Assembly (NCBI GenBank): GCA_963836185.1 | Contig: CAWIIQ010000002.1 | Location: forward strand, 128,001 to 192,000 | Reading direction: 5' to 3' | DNA length: 64,000 bases | DNA from: Candidatus Krumholzibacteriia bacterium | GTDB lineage: Bacteria > Krumholzibacteriota > Krumholzibacteriia > Krumholzibacteriales > Krumholzibacteriaceae | Shown: positions 8,988 through 19,272 of the stretch, one piece after another | Numbering within the stretch: position 1 is the stretch's first letter | Layout of the letters: every line of letters starts with the position of its first letter | Notes under the pieces: model-generated | Databases searched by the model: none | What the model was told of the DNA's origin: nothing | Seen by the model: only the letters and a program-made list of their open reading frames with translations | Made by a program: the position numbers and the translations under genes

Positions 8988-10574
8988 CTATCTCACCACC
9001 GCTATGAATGCCTTGTCGACCGTTCTGCCTCCCGCGGTCTCTATTATGATCACTACCAGACAGGGGCCGTTCTTTACCATTTCACCGTCGTCGTTTGTCA
9101 GGTCCCACGCGATATCGAAGCTCGTGCCGGGCCCCGGAACTGTGATGCTTCTGATCCTCTCGCCCCTCATGTCGTAGATGTCGAGGGTTACAGAGGAAGC
9201 AGTCTCGGCGGAGACGACCTGGAAGGTATTGGGACCCCTGAACACTTCGGGATATGTTATTCCGGTTGTAGGGTCGAGTGTCGTCCGGACGGTATTGGAG
9301 ACGGAGCTCATATTGCCCGCCCTGTCCTGTCCGAAAGCCCAGAACTCGTTCGATCCCTCGGTCAGCGTGAGCTCGAATGGATCTCCCTGCGACAGCCCGG
9401 CTGTGATGAATCCGGCGCTGTCTATGGAAGCGCCTGCTTGCCAGTATACGAAGAGGGAATCGGTATCGTCATCGTACTGTATGTAGAGATTGAGCAGCGG
9501 CTGGATCATCCTTGCTGGAGGATCCGCGATAAGCGGCGCCGCCGGAGGCGTCCTGTCCAGCTTGAAGGAGAGATCCTCGATCGACTGGTTGTTGTAGAAA
9601 TCCTTCGAGAAGACCTTCAGCACGTATCCGCCTTCGGCATAGCCCATCGTCCCGTTCGCCGTGTCAGGCGTGTCGACGCTCCAGTACAGGGTGTCGCCGT
9701 CGAGCCAGGTGGACTCGGGGACGGTCCTCGGTCCCTCGAAATTGTCGGGACCTGTCCACGAATACTCGATCCAGCTGATACTGCTCCGGTCGTATGTGCG
9801 ACCGATGATCTCCTGCGGGACCTCAGGGGTATTGGAGGGCACACTGGTCAGGATCTCGAGCTCCGGGCCCTCGCTGTCGACGTAGACATTTCCGCTGTCA
9901 GCGTCACTGTTGCCTGCCTCATCGATCACCGAGACAGTGATAACATGCATGCCGCTCTCGGGCGAAGCGGGTTTCCAGCTGCTGGTCCACTCCCCGTCAG
10001 CCATTATATCGAGAGAGGTGGTCTGTTCCTTGCCGGAGGGCGCCCTGACGGTCATGCTCGACGAGGCCCCTGTCTCCCAGCCCGATATGGCGTAGTAGAC
10101 GGACACCGACGATGAGGTGTCGGGGTATCCCGGCGCATAGACGCCAGGCTCGATCCTGTCTATGTTTACCTGCGGTGAAGTGAGGTCGATGACGACCGTT
10201 CTCAATATGCTCTCGCCCGTTCCTCCTGTCGATTCATAGAGACGCAGGTCGTACTCGCCTTCGGGGAGAAGGGCCCCCGTCCAGTCCGTACCGCCCCATA
10301 TCACCGGATGATCCCCCGCGGCAGCGGGCGCTTCGAGGATCAGCGTGTCGTATACTGTGGTGGATATCTCGTCTTCTATCGTTATGATCAGGGTGTCCAC
10401 CGGGGATGAGAGGCTCGCCGTGACGGTCATCTCGTCCTTGACGCCGTCCCCGTTCGGGGATATCGACGGGAAATTTATGAACAGGGAAGCGCTCCCGGCC
10501 CAGACGGCCAGCGCGGTCACGATAAGGATCCCCTGGATTGTCAGAATCGCGCGTCGCACGTCTACACCTCTCAA
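8988..10574 (-). CDS. Secreted Ig-like repeat protein with FlgD-type domains (T9SS-like cargo)
   Basis: Signal peptide; N-terminal 'SISPNGDGVKD...WGGTDWTGALLPEGEY'; Big-type 'DEAGN'/'DRAGN' motifs; C-terminal 'YPEVF...IYDMRGERIR...WDLTNDDGEMVKNG'. Confidence 0.75.
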   Translation of the reverse strand: MRGVDVRRAILTIQGILIVTALAVWAGSASLFINFPSISPNGDGVKDEMTVTASLSSPVDTLIITIEDEISTTVYDTLILEAPAAAGDHPVIWGGTDWTGALLPEGEYDLRLYESTGGTGESILRTVVIDLTSPQVNIDRIEPGVYAPGYPDTSSSVSVYYAISGWETGASSSMTVRAPSGKEQTTSLDIMADGEWTSSWKPASPESGMHVITVSVIDEAGNSDADSGNVYVDSEGPELEILTSVPSNTPEVPQEIIGRTYDRSSISWIEYSWTGPDNFEGPRTVPESTWLDGDTLYWSVDTPDTANGTMGYAEGGYVLKVFSKDFYNNQSIEDLSFKLDRTPPAAPLIADPPARMIQPLLNLYIQYDDDTDSLFVYWQAGASIDSAGFITAGLSQGDPFELTLTEGSNEFWAFGQDRAGNMSSVSNTVRTTLDPTTGITYPEVFRGPNTFQVVSAETASSVTLDIYDMRGERIRSITVPGPGTSFDIAWDLTNDDGEMVKNGPCLVVIIIETAGGRTVDKAFIAVVR

Positions 10575-10829
10575 ATGGAGTCTGGCGCATTATAAGCAAT
10601 TACAGGGGGTTGGGCAAATATAATATACCCCGCTGAAAATGGCAAGTTCCCCTCTGTTTTTGACTTGAAAACAGCGAGAATCGTGCCTGCGGGAAGATAT
10701 TCGTCCCGGTCCCCCTGAAACTGTCAATAATTCTTGTCCCTGGGCGGATGTTGGATTATCGTTAGATCCCTTTCAATATTTGATGGTGTTCAGGAGATTG
10801 AAAAAAACAGCTGTTACAGGAGAGATAGC

Positions 10830-12485
10830 TTGATAGAGGATCTGATCTTCCAGCTGATCGGTGGGCTCGGTTTCTTCCTCTACGGCATGAAATTCATGTC
10901 TGAGGGTCTCAGAAAAGTCGCGAGCGACCGTCTCAAGAGCATCCTTTCCCATCTGACAAAGAACAGGGTCATAGCGCTTCTTGTCGGGACGGGTGTGACT
11001 GCCGTGATCCAGAGCAGCAGCGCCATGACCGTCATGGTTATCGGATTTGTAAACGCGGGGCTGCTCACCTTTAAACAGGCCATACCGGTCGTGCTCGGGG
11101 CAAATATCGGCACGACATTTACCGCATGGCTCGTAAGCTTCTTCGCGATGTTCAAGATAACTCACTACGCTCTGCCCGCCGTCGGGATAGGATTCCTGAT
11201 GATGGTCGTGGCCCGCAGGTCCCATATACGCCAGTGGGGAGAAGTGCTGTTCGGATTCGGTGTACTCTTCGTCGGAATCGGGTTCATGAAGGACGCCTTC
11301 GAACCGCTCGAGAACAGCCAGCGTGTCCTGGACATCATGGTCAACTTCAGCAGGTATCCGGTCCTCGGAGTACTTGTCGGGACAGTTATCACGATGCTTC
11401 TCCAGAGCTCGAGTGCTACGATAGCTATCGTTCAGGTCCTGGCCTTCAATGGACTGATCGACTTCCCGTCAGCCGTGCCTATCGTGCTGGGCGACAATAT
11501 CGGAACGACGATCACGGCGCAGATCGCAAGGATCGGGGGCACGACGGGGGCGATAAGGATCGCCTGGGCACACACCCTGATGAAAGTCTTCGGGACGACA
11601 TACGTGATGGTTTTCGTATATCTCGGTGTATACACACAGTTTATCGAGTGGCTTATCCCCGGGGACCTCAACTCCGGCAATATTCTTTTCCATATAGCTC
11701 TCGCGCACTCGGTCTTCAACGTGTTCAACGCCTGCTTCTTCCTTCCTCTCATACCGACGGTGCAGAGGCTGATTGAAAAGATGATCAAGCCGAAGGGGGA
11801 CGTGATAGATGCAGCTCCGCAATATCTCGAGAAGCATCTTCTGGAGACGCCCCCGATCGCGCTGGAACAGAGCAAGAAGGAGATAGTGCGGATGCTGGGG
11901 CTAGCAGGTTCATCACTGGAGAAATCGTACGAATTGTACAGTACCGGCAGGATCGGGCTGTCGAGAAAAGTGGCGCGGCTGGAACATGCCGTTGACAACC
12001 TGCAGGCCGAGATCACACGCTACCTCATCGACATATCCATGGAGGAGCTCGAGGAGCAGGACGCCGAGATGATCCCGGTATTCATCCATTCGGTCAACGA
12101 CATCGAGCGGATCGCCGACAATGCGGTGAACATATCCGAGCTCGGCCAGCGGCGCAGCAGCAAGGATCTCAGTTTTTCCGCTATGGCGATCGATGAACTT
12201 GACGCGATGTACAAAGTCGTAAGCGAGATGCTCGACGATGTTAAAAAGGGGCTGGAGATGGAGGACCTCGATGCGGCAAGGGAGGCGCTGATCAAAGAGG
12301 AGGAACTCAATGAGATGCAGCGCTCGCTGCGGAAGTCTCACACGAAGAGGCTCAGTGAGGGCTCCTGTCAGATGCTCTCCGGGATAGTCTTCATCGATTG
12401 CGTCGACTGTTTCGAGAAGATCGGGGATCACCTTTCGAATATCGCGGAAGGTATTCTCGGCGGTTTCCGGTGGGAATCGTCCTGA
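10830..12485 (+). CDS. Na+/Pi cotransporter (NptA/YjbB family) with PhoU-like C-terminal domains, copy 1
   Basis: Two QSSS motifs, 'GANIGTT', 'GDNIGTT', PhoU-like 'DIERIADNA' and 'EKIGDH'. TTG start at 10830 follows an AGGAGA RBS. Confidence 0.92.
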   Translation: MIEDLIFQLIGGLGFFLYGMKFMSEGLRKVASDRLKSILSHLTKNRVIALLVGTGVTAVIQSSSAMTVMVIGFVNAGLLTFKQAIPVVLGANIGTTFTAWLVSFFAMFKITHYALPAVGIGFLMMVVARRSHIRQWGEVLFGFGVLFVGIGFMKDAFEPLENSQRVLDIMVNFSRYPVLGVLVGTVITMLLQSSSATIAIVQVLAFNGLIDFPSAVPIVLGDNIGTTITAQIARIGGTTGAIRIAWAHTLMKVFGTTYVMVFVYLGVYTQFIEWLIPGDLNSGNILFHIALAHSVFNVFNACFFLPLIPTVQRLIEKMIKPKGDVIDAAPQYLEKHLLETPPIALEQSKKEIVRMLGLAGSSLEKSYELYSTGRIGLSRKVARLEHAVDNLQAEITRYLIDISMEELEEQDAEMIPVFIHSVNDIERIADNAVNISELGQRRSSKDLSFSAMAIDELDAMYKVVSEMLDDVKKGLEMEDLDAAREALIKEEELNEMQRSLRKSHTKRLSEGSCQMLSGIVFIDCVDCFEKIGDHLSNIAEGILGGFRWESS

Positions 12486-12591
12486 TCCGGTCCTTTTCTT
12501 TATCTCTTGTTTCCGGACGGTTATTGGATTAACATTCAATTTCCTTCCAGATGTTTAAGATGACCTTGACAAAAGTCATGGGAGAAATGCC

Positions 12592-14241
12592 TTGTTTGAG
12601 GATCTGACTTTTCAGCTCATCGGTGGCCTCGGCTTCTTTCTTTTCGGCATGAAGTATATGTCGGAGGGCCTCAGGAAGGTCGCTAGCGACCGCCTCAAGA
12701 ACATCCTTTCGCACCTGACGAAGAACAGGCTCATTGCTCTTTTCGTCGGTGCGGGCGCGACAGCCTTGATACAGAGCAGCAGCGCGATGACCGTGATGCT
12801 CGTTGGTTTCGTAAATGCGAGTCTGATGACGTTCAGGCAGGCCCTGCCCGTCGTGCTCGGGGCCAATATCGGAACGACATTCACCGCGTGGCTCGTCAGT
12901 TTCTTCGCTGTATTCAAGATCACACATTACGCACTTCCCGCCGTCGGAATCGGTTTCCTTATGATGATCGTGGCCCGCAAGTCAACGATGCGTCAGTGGG
13001 GAGAGGTCCTGTTCGGATTCGGCGTTCTGTTCGTCGGGATAGGGTTTATGAAGGACGCCTTCGAACCGCTCGAGAGCAGCCAGAGGATCCTGGACATAAT
13101 GGTCAATTTCAGCAAGTACCCGATCCTCGGCGTGCTTGTGGGGACTGTCGTCACCGTGCTCCTTCAGAGCTCGAGCGCGACTATCGCCCTCGTTCAGATC
13201 CTTGCTTTCAATGGCCTTATAGATTTTGCATCGGCGATTCCCATCATCCTCGGGGACAATATCGGAACGACGATCACCGCTCAGATCGCGAGGATAGGGG
13301 GAACGACAGGGGCGAGGAGGGTCGCCTGGGCGCACACACTGTTCAACGTGATCGGGACGATGTACATGCTCGTATTCGTCTATCCAGGATGGTACAGCCG
13401 ATTCATCCAGTGGATAATCCCCGGTGAGCTCGCGCCGAACAATATCATGCTCCACATCGCCCTTTCGCACTCGATCTTCAATGTGTCCAACGCCATTATC
13501 TTCTTCCCGTTGATACCCGCCCTGCAGAGGGTAGTCGAGAAGCTGGTAAAGCCGAAGGGGGATGCGGTCGATTCCGAACCGCAGTATCTCGAGAAGCATC
13601 TCCTCGAGACGCCCTCTATCGCGTTGGAACAGAGTAAGAGAGAGATCCTGCGAATGCTTGACCTGGCGGAATCTGCTTTTGAGAGCGCTTACGAGATGTA
13701 CAGGACTGGCAGGAACGAACTGGCGAGAAATGTGGCCCGTCGCGAGCAGGCCGTCGACAACCTCCAGACAGAGATCACGAGGTACCTTATCGACATATCG
13801 ATGGAGGAACTAGAACAGGAAAACGCGGAGATGATCCCGGTTTTGATCCATTCGGTCAACGATATCGAGCGTATCGCCGATAACGCGGTAAATATCGTCG
13901 AACTCGGCCAGCGCCGCAGCGACAAGGACCTGAGTTTTTCTGAAATGGCTATCGCGGAACTTGACGGAATGTATACGGTCGTTAGTGAGATGTTCGTCGA
14001 TGTAGCGAAAGGGCTGGAGACGGGAGACCTCGATGCGGCCCGTGAAGCGATGATCAAGGAGGAAGAGCTCAATATCCTCCAGCGCTCGCTGAGGAAATCT
14101 CACACCAGTAGACTCAACGAGGGCTCCTGCCTCATGAGCTCGGGGATCGTGTTCATCGACTGTGTCGACTGTTTCGAGAAGATCGGGGATCACCTGTCGA
14201 ATATCGCGGAAGGGCTGATCGGCGGGCTTCGCTGGGAATAG
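12592..14241 (+). CDS. Na+/Pi cotransporter, copy 2 (tandem paralog)
   Basis: Same motifs and collinear with copy 1 over its full length. Confidence 0.92.
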   Translation: MFEDLTFQLIGGLGFFLFGMKYMSEGLRKVASDRLKNILSHLTKNRLIALFVGAGATALIQSSSAMTVMLVGFVNASLMTFRQALPVVLGANIGTTFTAWLVSFFAVFKITHYALPAVGIGFLMMIVARKSTMRQWGEVLFGFGVLFVGIGFMKDAFEPLESSQRILDIMVNFSKYPILGVLVGTVVTVLLQSSSATIALVQILAFNGLIDFASAIPIILGDNIGTTITAQIARIGGTTGARRVAWAHTLFNVIGTMYMLVFVYPGWYSRFIQWIIPGELAPNNIMLHIALSHSIFNVSNAIIFFPLIPALQRVVEKLVKPKGDAVDSEPQYLEKHLLETPSIALEQSKREILRMLDLAESAFESAYEMYRTGRNELARNVARREQAVDNLQTEITRYLIDISMEELEQENAEMIPVLIHSVNDIERIADNAVNIVELGQRRSDKDLSFSEMAIAELDGMYTVVSEMFVDVAKGLETGDLDAAREAMIKEEELNILQRSLRKSHTSRLNEGSCLMSSGIVFIDCVDCFEKIGDHLSNIAEGLIGGLRWE

Positions 14242-14244
14242 CCC

Positions 14245-16359
14245 TTAGGGCCGGCTCTCTTTGGCCTTTCTCATGAGTCTCTCGACATGTTCATTGGAAG
14301 GCGGGTTGAACCTGTCTAGCGTGGCGGCCCTCTGAAGATGCTCTAGCGCCTGCATGTACTCGCCGAGGTTCTCCAGCACGACGCTCATATTGAAATGCAG
14401 CTCTGCTACGTTTAACTGCTCCTTCAATGCCGCGGCCAGTATCTTCCTCGCCTTCTCCCAGTTTCCCAGCTCCATCTCCAGTGTGGCGAGGTTGTTCAGA
14501 GAGACCCAGTCCGCGGGGTAGAGCATTCTCGCGTATCGGTACATACTTCTCGCACCGTCGAAATCGCCTTCCTTCTGGAGTTCGGCCCCCCTGTTGAGTA
14601 CAGCCGATGTGAGATTCCGTATGTAATCATCGTTCTCCGGGTCAAGCTCGAGGGCCCTTTCATAAGCCTCGACCGCTGTCGGGTACATGTTGCCGTGGTT
14701 GCAGGCATATCCGAGTCGTGTCCACAATCTCGCGCTGTCGGGAAAGACCGATACGAGCATCTGCAGTTCCTCCGACGCCTCCCTGAACCATCGGTTCTCG
14801 ATATACGCCTCTGCAAGGTCCGTCCTGTAGGCATAGTTATCCGGTACGATCTCCGATGCCCTGTGGAAATATGTTATCGCCTCGAGCGGATCCTCGAGTC
14901 TCATCTCCGCCGAACCGAGCCTGTGCCAGATATCCGCGTTACCAGGATCTTCCGAGGAAGCCCTCGACCACCATTCGGATGCTTTCTGATAATCCCTCCC
15001 GTGCCAGGCCTGCGCGCCTATGACCGTAGCCGCCCTGCCGACCGGGAGAGGAAGGTCGAGGATCCGGCTTTCGCCCGCCTCGAGCGAGAAGCCGGTGACG
15101 ATGACCGGCGCCAGGTGGAAGATGCCGAGTGCGACGACAAGAACGGCTGAAGCCTTCAGCTCCTTCGCTGAGGCGGCGCTGCTTCGCATTGCCGCGGCTG
15201 CGTATACGGACATCGCAGCCGAGGCGGGTACGATGAGGTCCCACCTCAGGCCTCCCTGGATCTTCGGCGCCGTGAGAAAGATGAATATGACGGCGGATGT
15301 GGCCGTTACGAGGAGAAAACCCATCGAATCCGGGATCTCATCGCCGGATCCCCGCTTCCAGGCCCTCGATACGGCGAGGACAACAGCCAGCAGTGCGGCG
15401 GGGCCCGCCAGGACGATGGCGTTCAACCCCAGCGCCAGGGCGCCGGCCGTCCCTGCCGCGGTCAATGAGTCGAATGCGCGCGAAGCAGCGGCGGCCAGGT
15501 GTGTCGACATCCCTGAAAGGCCGGCGAGCCTCGATGCGGCGAGATCAGCGGCTATCCAGCAGGCAGCAAGTGTCCCTGCCGCTGCCGCGGCCTCGAGACG
15601 GCTTTTCCTGCGCATCGCTGCCGAGATCAACAGATAGAGCAGGGGGGCTGCCAGAAAGATGTTCGATATATGAAGCATGATCGCTATAGCCGCCGCGAGG
15701 GCGGGAACGACGAGCGGGATAGCGCCGCCGCGAAGGCGGACGATCGAAAGGTATATGAACAGTCCCGCTCCGGCGGCAGCGAGGGGTGCGGCTCCGCCAA
15801 GGCCGAAGAATACAGCGAAATAACCGCCCGTCAGGGCAACGGCCGCGGCGGGGAAAGCGTCGCTGTCACTATCCCTGAAAGAGGCGCGGACCGATGCGGC
15901 AAAGAGGAGCCCCGCGATAACGCTCAGCAGGGCGGAGGTCTCGAACGAGTTCCAGAAGAGCAGCCGGTTGAGCAGCTCGAAGAATCCCCGTGACAGGGCT
16001 GTTGCCAGTGGAGCCGATGGCAGGATGGTGATGCCGCGTTCGATGGCGAGCCCCATCGAGTACCCGTCACCCCACAGGAAATGCCTGCTCCTCAGGAGCC
16101 ACATCATCACGAAAGCGGCCGCGGCCACCGCGACCGCCGCTTTCTTCGAGGACCGGCCGGGGATATCAAGGATCTTCCCCAGCCCGTCACGGATCCTGCC
16201 CACGAACAGGAGGAGAAGCGCGGCGGCGAATATTACGGAGGTCGTGAGCGAGACGCTCCTCCACGAGCTCGCGCCCCACAGCACTGTCTCCTGCGAGGTC
16301 GACGCGGCGACCGTCAGCAAGATAAAAGCGATAAAGAATATCCTGACCGTCAGGCTCAC
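14245..16359 (-). CDS. Multi-TM membrane protein with C-terminal TPR array (possible GT-C-like)
   Basis: About 11 hydrophobic segments, 'HFLWGDG', then several TPR-like repeats. Confidence 0.65.
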   Translation of the reverse strand: MSLTVRIFFIAFILLTVAASTSQETVLWGASSWRSVSLTTSVIFAAALLLLFVGRIRDGLGKILDIPGRSSKKAAVAVAAAAFVMMWLLRSRHFLWGDGYSMGLAIERGITILPSAPLATALSRGFFELLNRLLFWNSFETSALLSVIAGLLFAASVRASFRDSDSDAFPAAAVALTGGYFAVFFGLGGAAPLAAAGAGLFIYLSIVRLRGGAIPLVVPALAAAIAIMLHISNIFLAAPLLYLLISAAMRRKSRLEAAAAAGTLAACWIAADLAASRLAGLSGMSTHLAAAASRAFDSLTAAGTAGALALGLNAIVLAGPAALLAVVLAVSRAWKRGSGDEIPDSMGFLLVTATSAVIFIFLTAPKIQGGLRWDLIVPASAAMSVYAAAAMRSSAASAKELKASAVLVVALGIFHLAPVIVTGFSLEAGESRILDLPLPVGRAATVIGAQAWHGRDYQKASEWWSRASSEDPGNADIWHRLGSAEMRLEDPLEAITYFHRASEIVPDNYAYRTDLAEAYIENRWFREASEELQMLVSVFPDSARLWTRLGYACNHGNMYPTAVEAYERALELDPENDDYIRNLTSAVLNRGAELQKEGDFDGARSMYRYARMLYPADWVSLNNLATLEMELGNWEKARKILAAALKEQLNVAELHFNMSVVLENLGEYMQALEHLQRAATLDRFNPPSNEHVERLMRKAKESRP

Positions 16360-17633
16360 CAGTCCTCCTCCGCATTCCGGGGCTCGCCCAGTTCGCCTTC
16401 CGTCGCCGCGACTATTACGGCGGCCGAGGCGTCGCCCGTGACATTGACGGATGACCTGAGCATATCGAGTATACGGTCGACTCCGAGTATCAGCGCTATC
16501 CCCTCGAGGGGGACGCCTATCTGCTCGAGCACCATGGCGAGTGTGATCAGTCCTACACCGGGCACGCCTGCCGCGCCGATCGACGCCAGGGTAGCCATCA
16601 GTACTATCGTGATCTGGTCGCCGAACGAGAGGCTTATCCCGTAGACCTGGGCTATAAATACGGCCGCCACCCCCTGGTAGAGGGCCGTCCCGTCCATGTT
16701 GATCGTCGCCCCGAGGGGAAGGACGAAGCTGGCGACCTCATTTGAGACGCCGAGATTATCCTCCGCGCACTCCAGCGAGACGGGGAGAGTGGCGCTGCTC
16801 GAGGAGGTCGAGAAGGCGATCAGCTGTGCCGGGCGTATGCCGCGGAAGAAATCACGCGCCTTCATCCCCGAGAAAAGCCGGACCGCGGTGGAATAGACAA
16901 AGATCATGTGTACGAACAGCCCTGCCGCGACGACGAGGGAATAGCTCAGCAGGGAGAGGAGGATATCGGTGCCGAACTGCCCGACGACTGACGCGATCAG
17001 CGCGAGCACGCCTAGAGGGGCGATCTTCATCACGATGTAGACGAGGCGTATCATCGCCTCGTTGACCGCCTCGAAGAATGTGATCAGCGGTTTTCCCCGG
17101 CCTTGCGGCACGAGTGTCACGGCGATTCCGAATATCAGCGCGAAGAAGATTATCTGGAGCAGGTTCCCTTCCGCCAGGCTTTCGACCGGGTTGAGGGGGA
17201 CGATATCGATCAGTGTGTCTATGACGCCGGGCTTCTCCATCGCTATCTCGATCTTTTCACCGGCCGCTGCTCCGTATGAGCTCAGCAGTCCTTCTCTCGT
17301 CGCTTGGTCGATATTCCTGCCCGGTCCGATCGAGTTGGCCAGAAGCAGGCCTATCGTTATAGCCAGGGCTGTCGTGCAGAGGTAATACCCCATCGTCTTC
17401 AGGCCTATACGGCCCAGCTTGCGGATGTCGCCGAGGCTTGCCGTTCCGACGAAGAGGGAAGAGAAGACGAGGGGCACGACGATCATCCTGATCAATCGTA
17501 TGAACAGCAAGCCTGCCGGCCTGATATACTCCGCCTTCGGCCCGAGGATCAGGCCGAGAGGTATGCCGAGGAGCATCGCGATAAGTATCTTTGTGTGGAG
17601 TTTTGACTCTTTGAGCCACACCAACGGGTTCAT
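16356..17633 (-). CDS. Dicarboxylate/amino acid:cation symporter (GltP/DAACS family)
   Basis: 'AFSTSSSSATLP', 'LGATINMDGTALY', 'ASIGAAGVPG', 'DRILDMLRSSVNVTGD'. The start is MNPLVW at 17633, preceded by GGAGG. Confidence 0.93.
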   Translation of the reverse strand: MNPLVWLKESKLHTKILIAMLLGIPLGLILGPKAEYIRPAGLLFIRLIRMIVVPLVFSSLFVGTASLGDIRKLGRIGLKTMGYYLCTTALAITIGLLLANSIGPGRNIDQATREGLLSSYGAAAGEKIEIAMEKPGVIDTLIDIVPLNPVESLAEGNLLQIIFFALIFGIAVTLVPQGRGKPLITFFEAVNEAMIRLVYIVMKIAPLGVLALIASVVGQFGTDILLSLLSYSLVVAAGLFVHMIFVYSTAVRLFSGMKARDFFRGIRPAQLIAFSTSSSSATLPVSLECAEDNLGVSNEVASFVLPLGATINMDGTALYQGVAAVFIAQVYGISLSFGDQITIVLMATLASIGAAGVPGVGLITLAMVLEQIGVPLEGIALILGVDRILDMLRSSVNVTGDASAAVIVAATEGELGEPRNAEEDW

Positions 17634-17739
17634 GGAAGGTCCTCCCGGCAGTCCCGCCTGAATTGCCTTGAATTCCCAGTTAATGTAAGCCAGAATCCAG
17701 TCGATTAAAAGAGTTTTCACCAGCCGGGAGGGACCGCTG

Positions 17740-18468
17740 ATGTTAAAAACGCGGATGGGAAGAGGTGCCGCTGCCGCACTGGTGCTTCTCGCGGCGCTGC
17801 CCTGCGGATGCACTTCCGGCGAGCAGGCATACGCCGAGATGCGCGCGCGGATGGTCCGAGAGGATATCGCCTCGAGAGGGATCTCCGACACGCGGGTCCT
17901 CGAGTCGATGAGGCGCGTGCCGCGCCATCTCTTCGTGCCCGTCCACCTCAGGGATGTCGCGTATATCGACAGCCCCCTCCCGATTGGAGAGGAACAGACT
18001 ATCTCACAGCCATATATCGTCGCGCTTATGACGGAATCGCTCGGTCTGGGCGACAGCGCGAGGGTGCTCGAGATAGGCACAGGATCCGGTTACCAGGCGG
18101 CAGTGCTCTCGGGTATAGCCGATTCGGTCTGGTCGATCGAGATAATCCCGTCGCTCGCCGAAAACGCCGCCGCCCTTCTCGATTCGCTGGGGTATGGGAA
18201 TGTAGCCGTGCGGACAGGAGACGGATATTTCGGCTGGCCGGAGAAGGCGCCGTTCGACGGGATAATCGTGACGGCCGCCGCTCCGGAGCTGCCCCCGAAA
18301 CTGGCGGAGCAGCTCGTCCGTGGCGGAAGGCTGGTTATCCCTGTCGGCAGCAGAAGCCAGGATCTGCTGACATATGTGAAGACGACTTCGGGACTTGAAC
18401 TTCTCTCATCGCTGCCGGTGCGATTCGTGCCGATGACGGGAAAGATAAGGGACGAAAGCGAGGAATGA
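17740..18468 (+). CDS. pcm: Protein-L-isoaspartate O-methyltransferase
   Basis: 'VPRHLFVP', 'QTISQPYIVALM', 'VLEIGTGSGYQAAVL', 'GDGYFGWPEKAPFDGIIVTAA', 'VRFVPMTG'. Confidence 0.95.
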   Translation: MLKTRMGRGAAAALVLLAALPCGCTSGEQAYAEMRARMVREDIASRGISDTRVLESMRRVPRHLFVPVHLRDVAYIDSPLPIGEEQTISQPYIVALMTESLGLGDSARVLEIGTGSGYQAAVLSGIADSVWSIEIIPSLAENAAALLDSLGYGNVAVRTGDGYFGWPEKAPFDGIIVTAAAPELPPKLAEQLVRGGRLVIPVGSRSQDLLTYVKTTSGLELLSSLPVRFVPMTGKIRDESEE

Positions 18469-19271
18469 CGATGAAGACAACGAAGATATGGCGGATTGCG
18501 ATCGTCCTGCTGGCCGCGGCAACCGCCGGATGCGCCACGTCCGGCATCAACAAGGGCGATATCAACCTGATATCGAGCGGTGAGGAAGTCGCGATGGGGC
18601 AGGAGTTCTCGGCCGAGATCGAGAAAGAGTTCGAGGTATACGACGATACGCAGCTGACCGCGTATGTCCAGTCGGTCGGGGGCAGGGTCGCTGCCATATG
18701 CCACAGGCAGGACATTGAGTACCATTTCGCCGTTATCAGGAGCGACGAGATGAACGCTTTCGCCCTGCCCGGCGGCTACATCTATATCTACACGGGCCTG
18801 ATGAAGGTCCTCGACAACGAGGCGCAGCTTGCCGCGGTGCTCGCGCATGAGATCGGCCACGTGACGGCCCGCCATTCTACGGAGCGGCTCACCGCGATGT
18901 ACGGCGCCCAGATCGCAGTAAGCCTTCTGCTCGGGGATAATCCGCAGGAATACCAGGTGCTGATAGCCAACATCTTCTCCACTACAGGCTTTCTCGCGTA
19001 CAGCCGGGCGAACGAGTACGAGGCCGACAGGCTCGGGACCTCATACACTTCACTGGCGGGATACGACCCGGAGGGTATGGCCGAACTGCTCGGCAAGTTT
19101 GTCGATACGGAGGCGAGGGAGCCCTCGAAGCTCGAACAGTGGCTCTCTACCCATCCGCCCGCCAGGGACAGGATCGGCAAGGTCGACCTGCTGGCCGCCA
19201 GCCTGCCGATGGCCGGGGTCGGCGAGAGAAACGCCGCGGGGTATGCAGAGATGAAGGCGCGTCTCCCGTAG
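18465..19271 (+). CDS. M48-family zinc metalloprotease, lipoprotein
   Basis: Lipobox 'TAGC'; 'NAFALPGG', HEIGH, 'YSRANEYEAD', 'STHP'. Confidence 0.92.
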   Translation: MTMKTTKIWRIAIVLLAAATAGCATSGINKGDINLISSGEEVAMGQEFSAEIEKEFEVYDDTQLTAYVQSVGGRVAAICHRQDIEYHFAVIRSDEMNAFALPGGYIYIYTGLMKVLDNEAQLAAVLAHEIGHVTARHSTERLTAMYGAQIAVSLLLGDNPQEYQVLIANIFSTTGFLAYSRANEYEADRLGTSYTSLAGYDPEGMAELLGKFVDTEAREPSKLEQWLSTHPPARDRIGKVDLLAASLPMAGVGERNAAGYAEMKARLP

Positions 19272-19272
19272 G

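Noticed and set aside
10721-10739. Pho-box-like CTGTCAATAATTCTTGTCC upstream of the Na/Pi transporter
   Set aside because: The TGTC half-sites are 13 bp apart instead of the canonical 11, so it is not supportable.
12560-12579. ATGAC-N10-GTCAT inverted repeat containing TTGACA before Na/Pi copy 2
   Set aside because: The arms are short, there is no matching -10 element before the start codon, and no second copy was found.
17634-18080. 149-aa N-terminal extension of the DAACS symporter ORF
   Set aside because: Overlaps pcm on the opposite strand; the family-like start with an RBS is at 17633.
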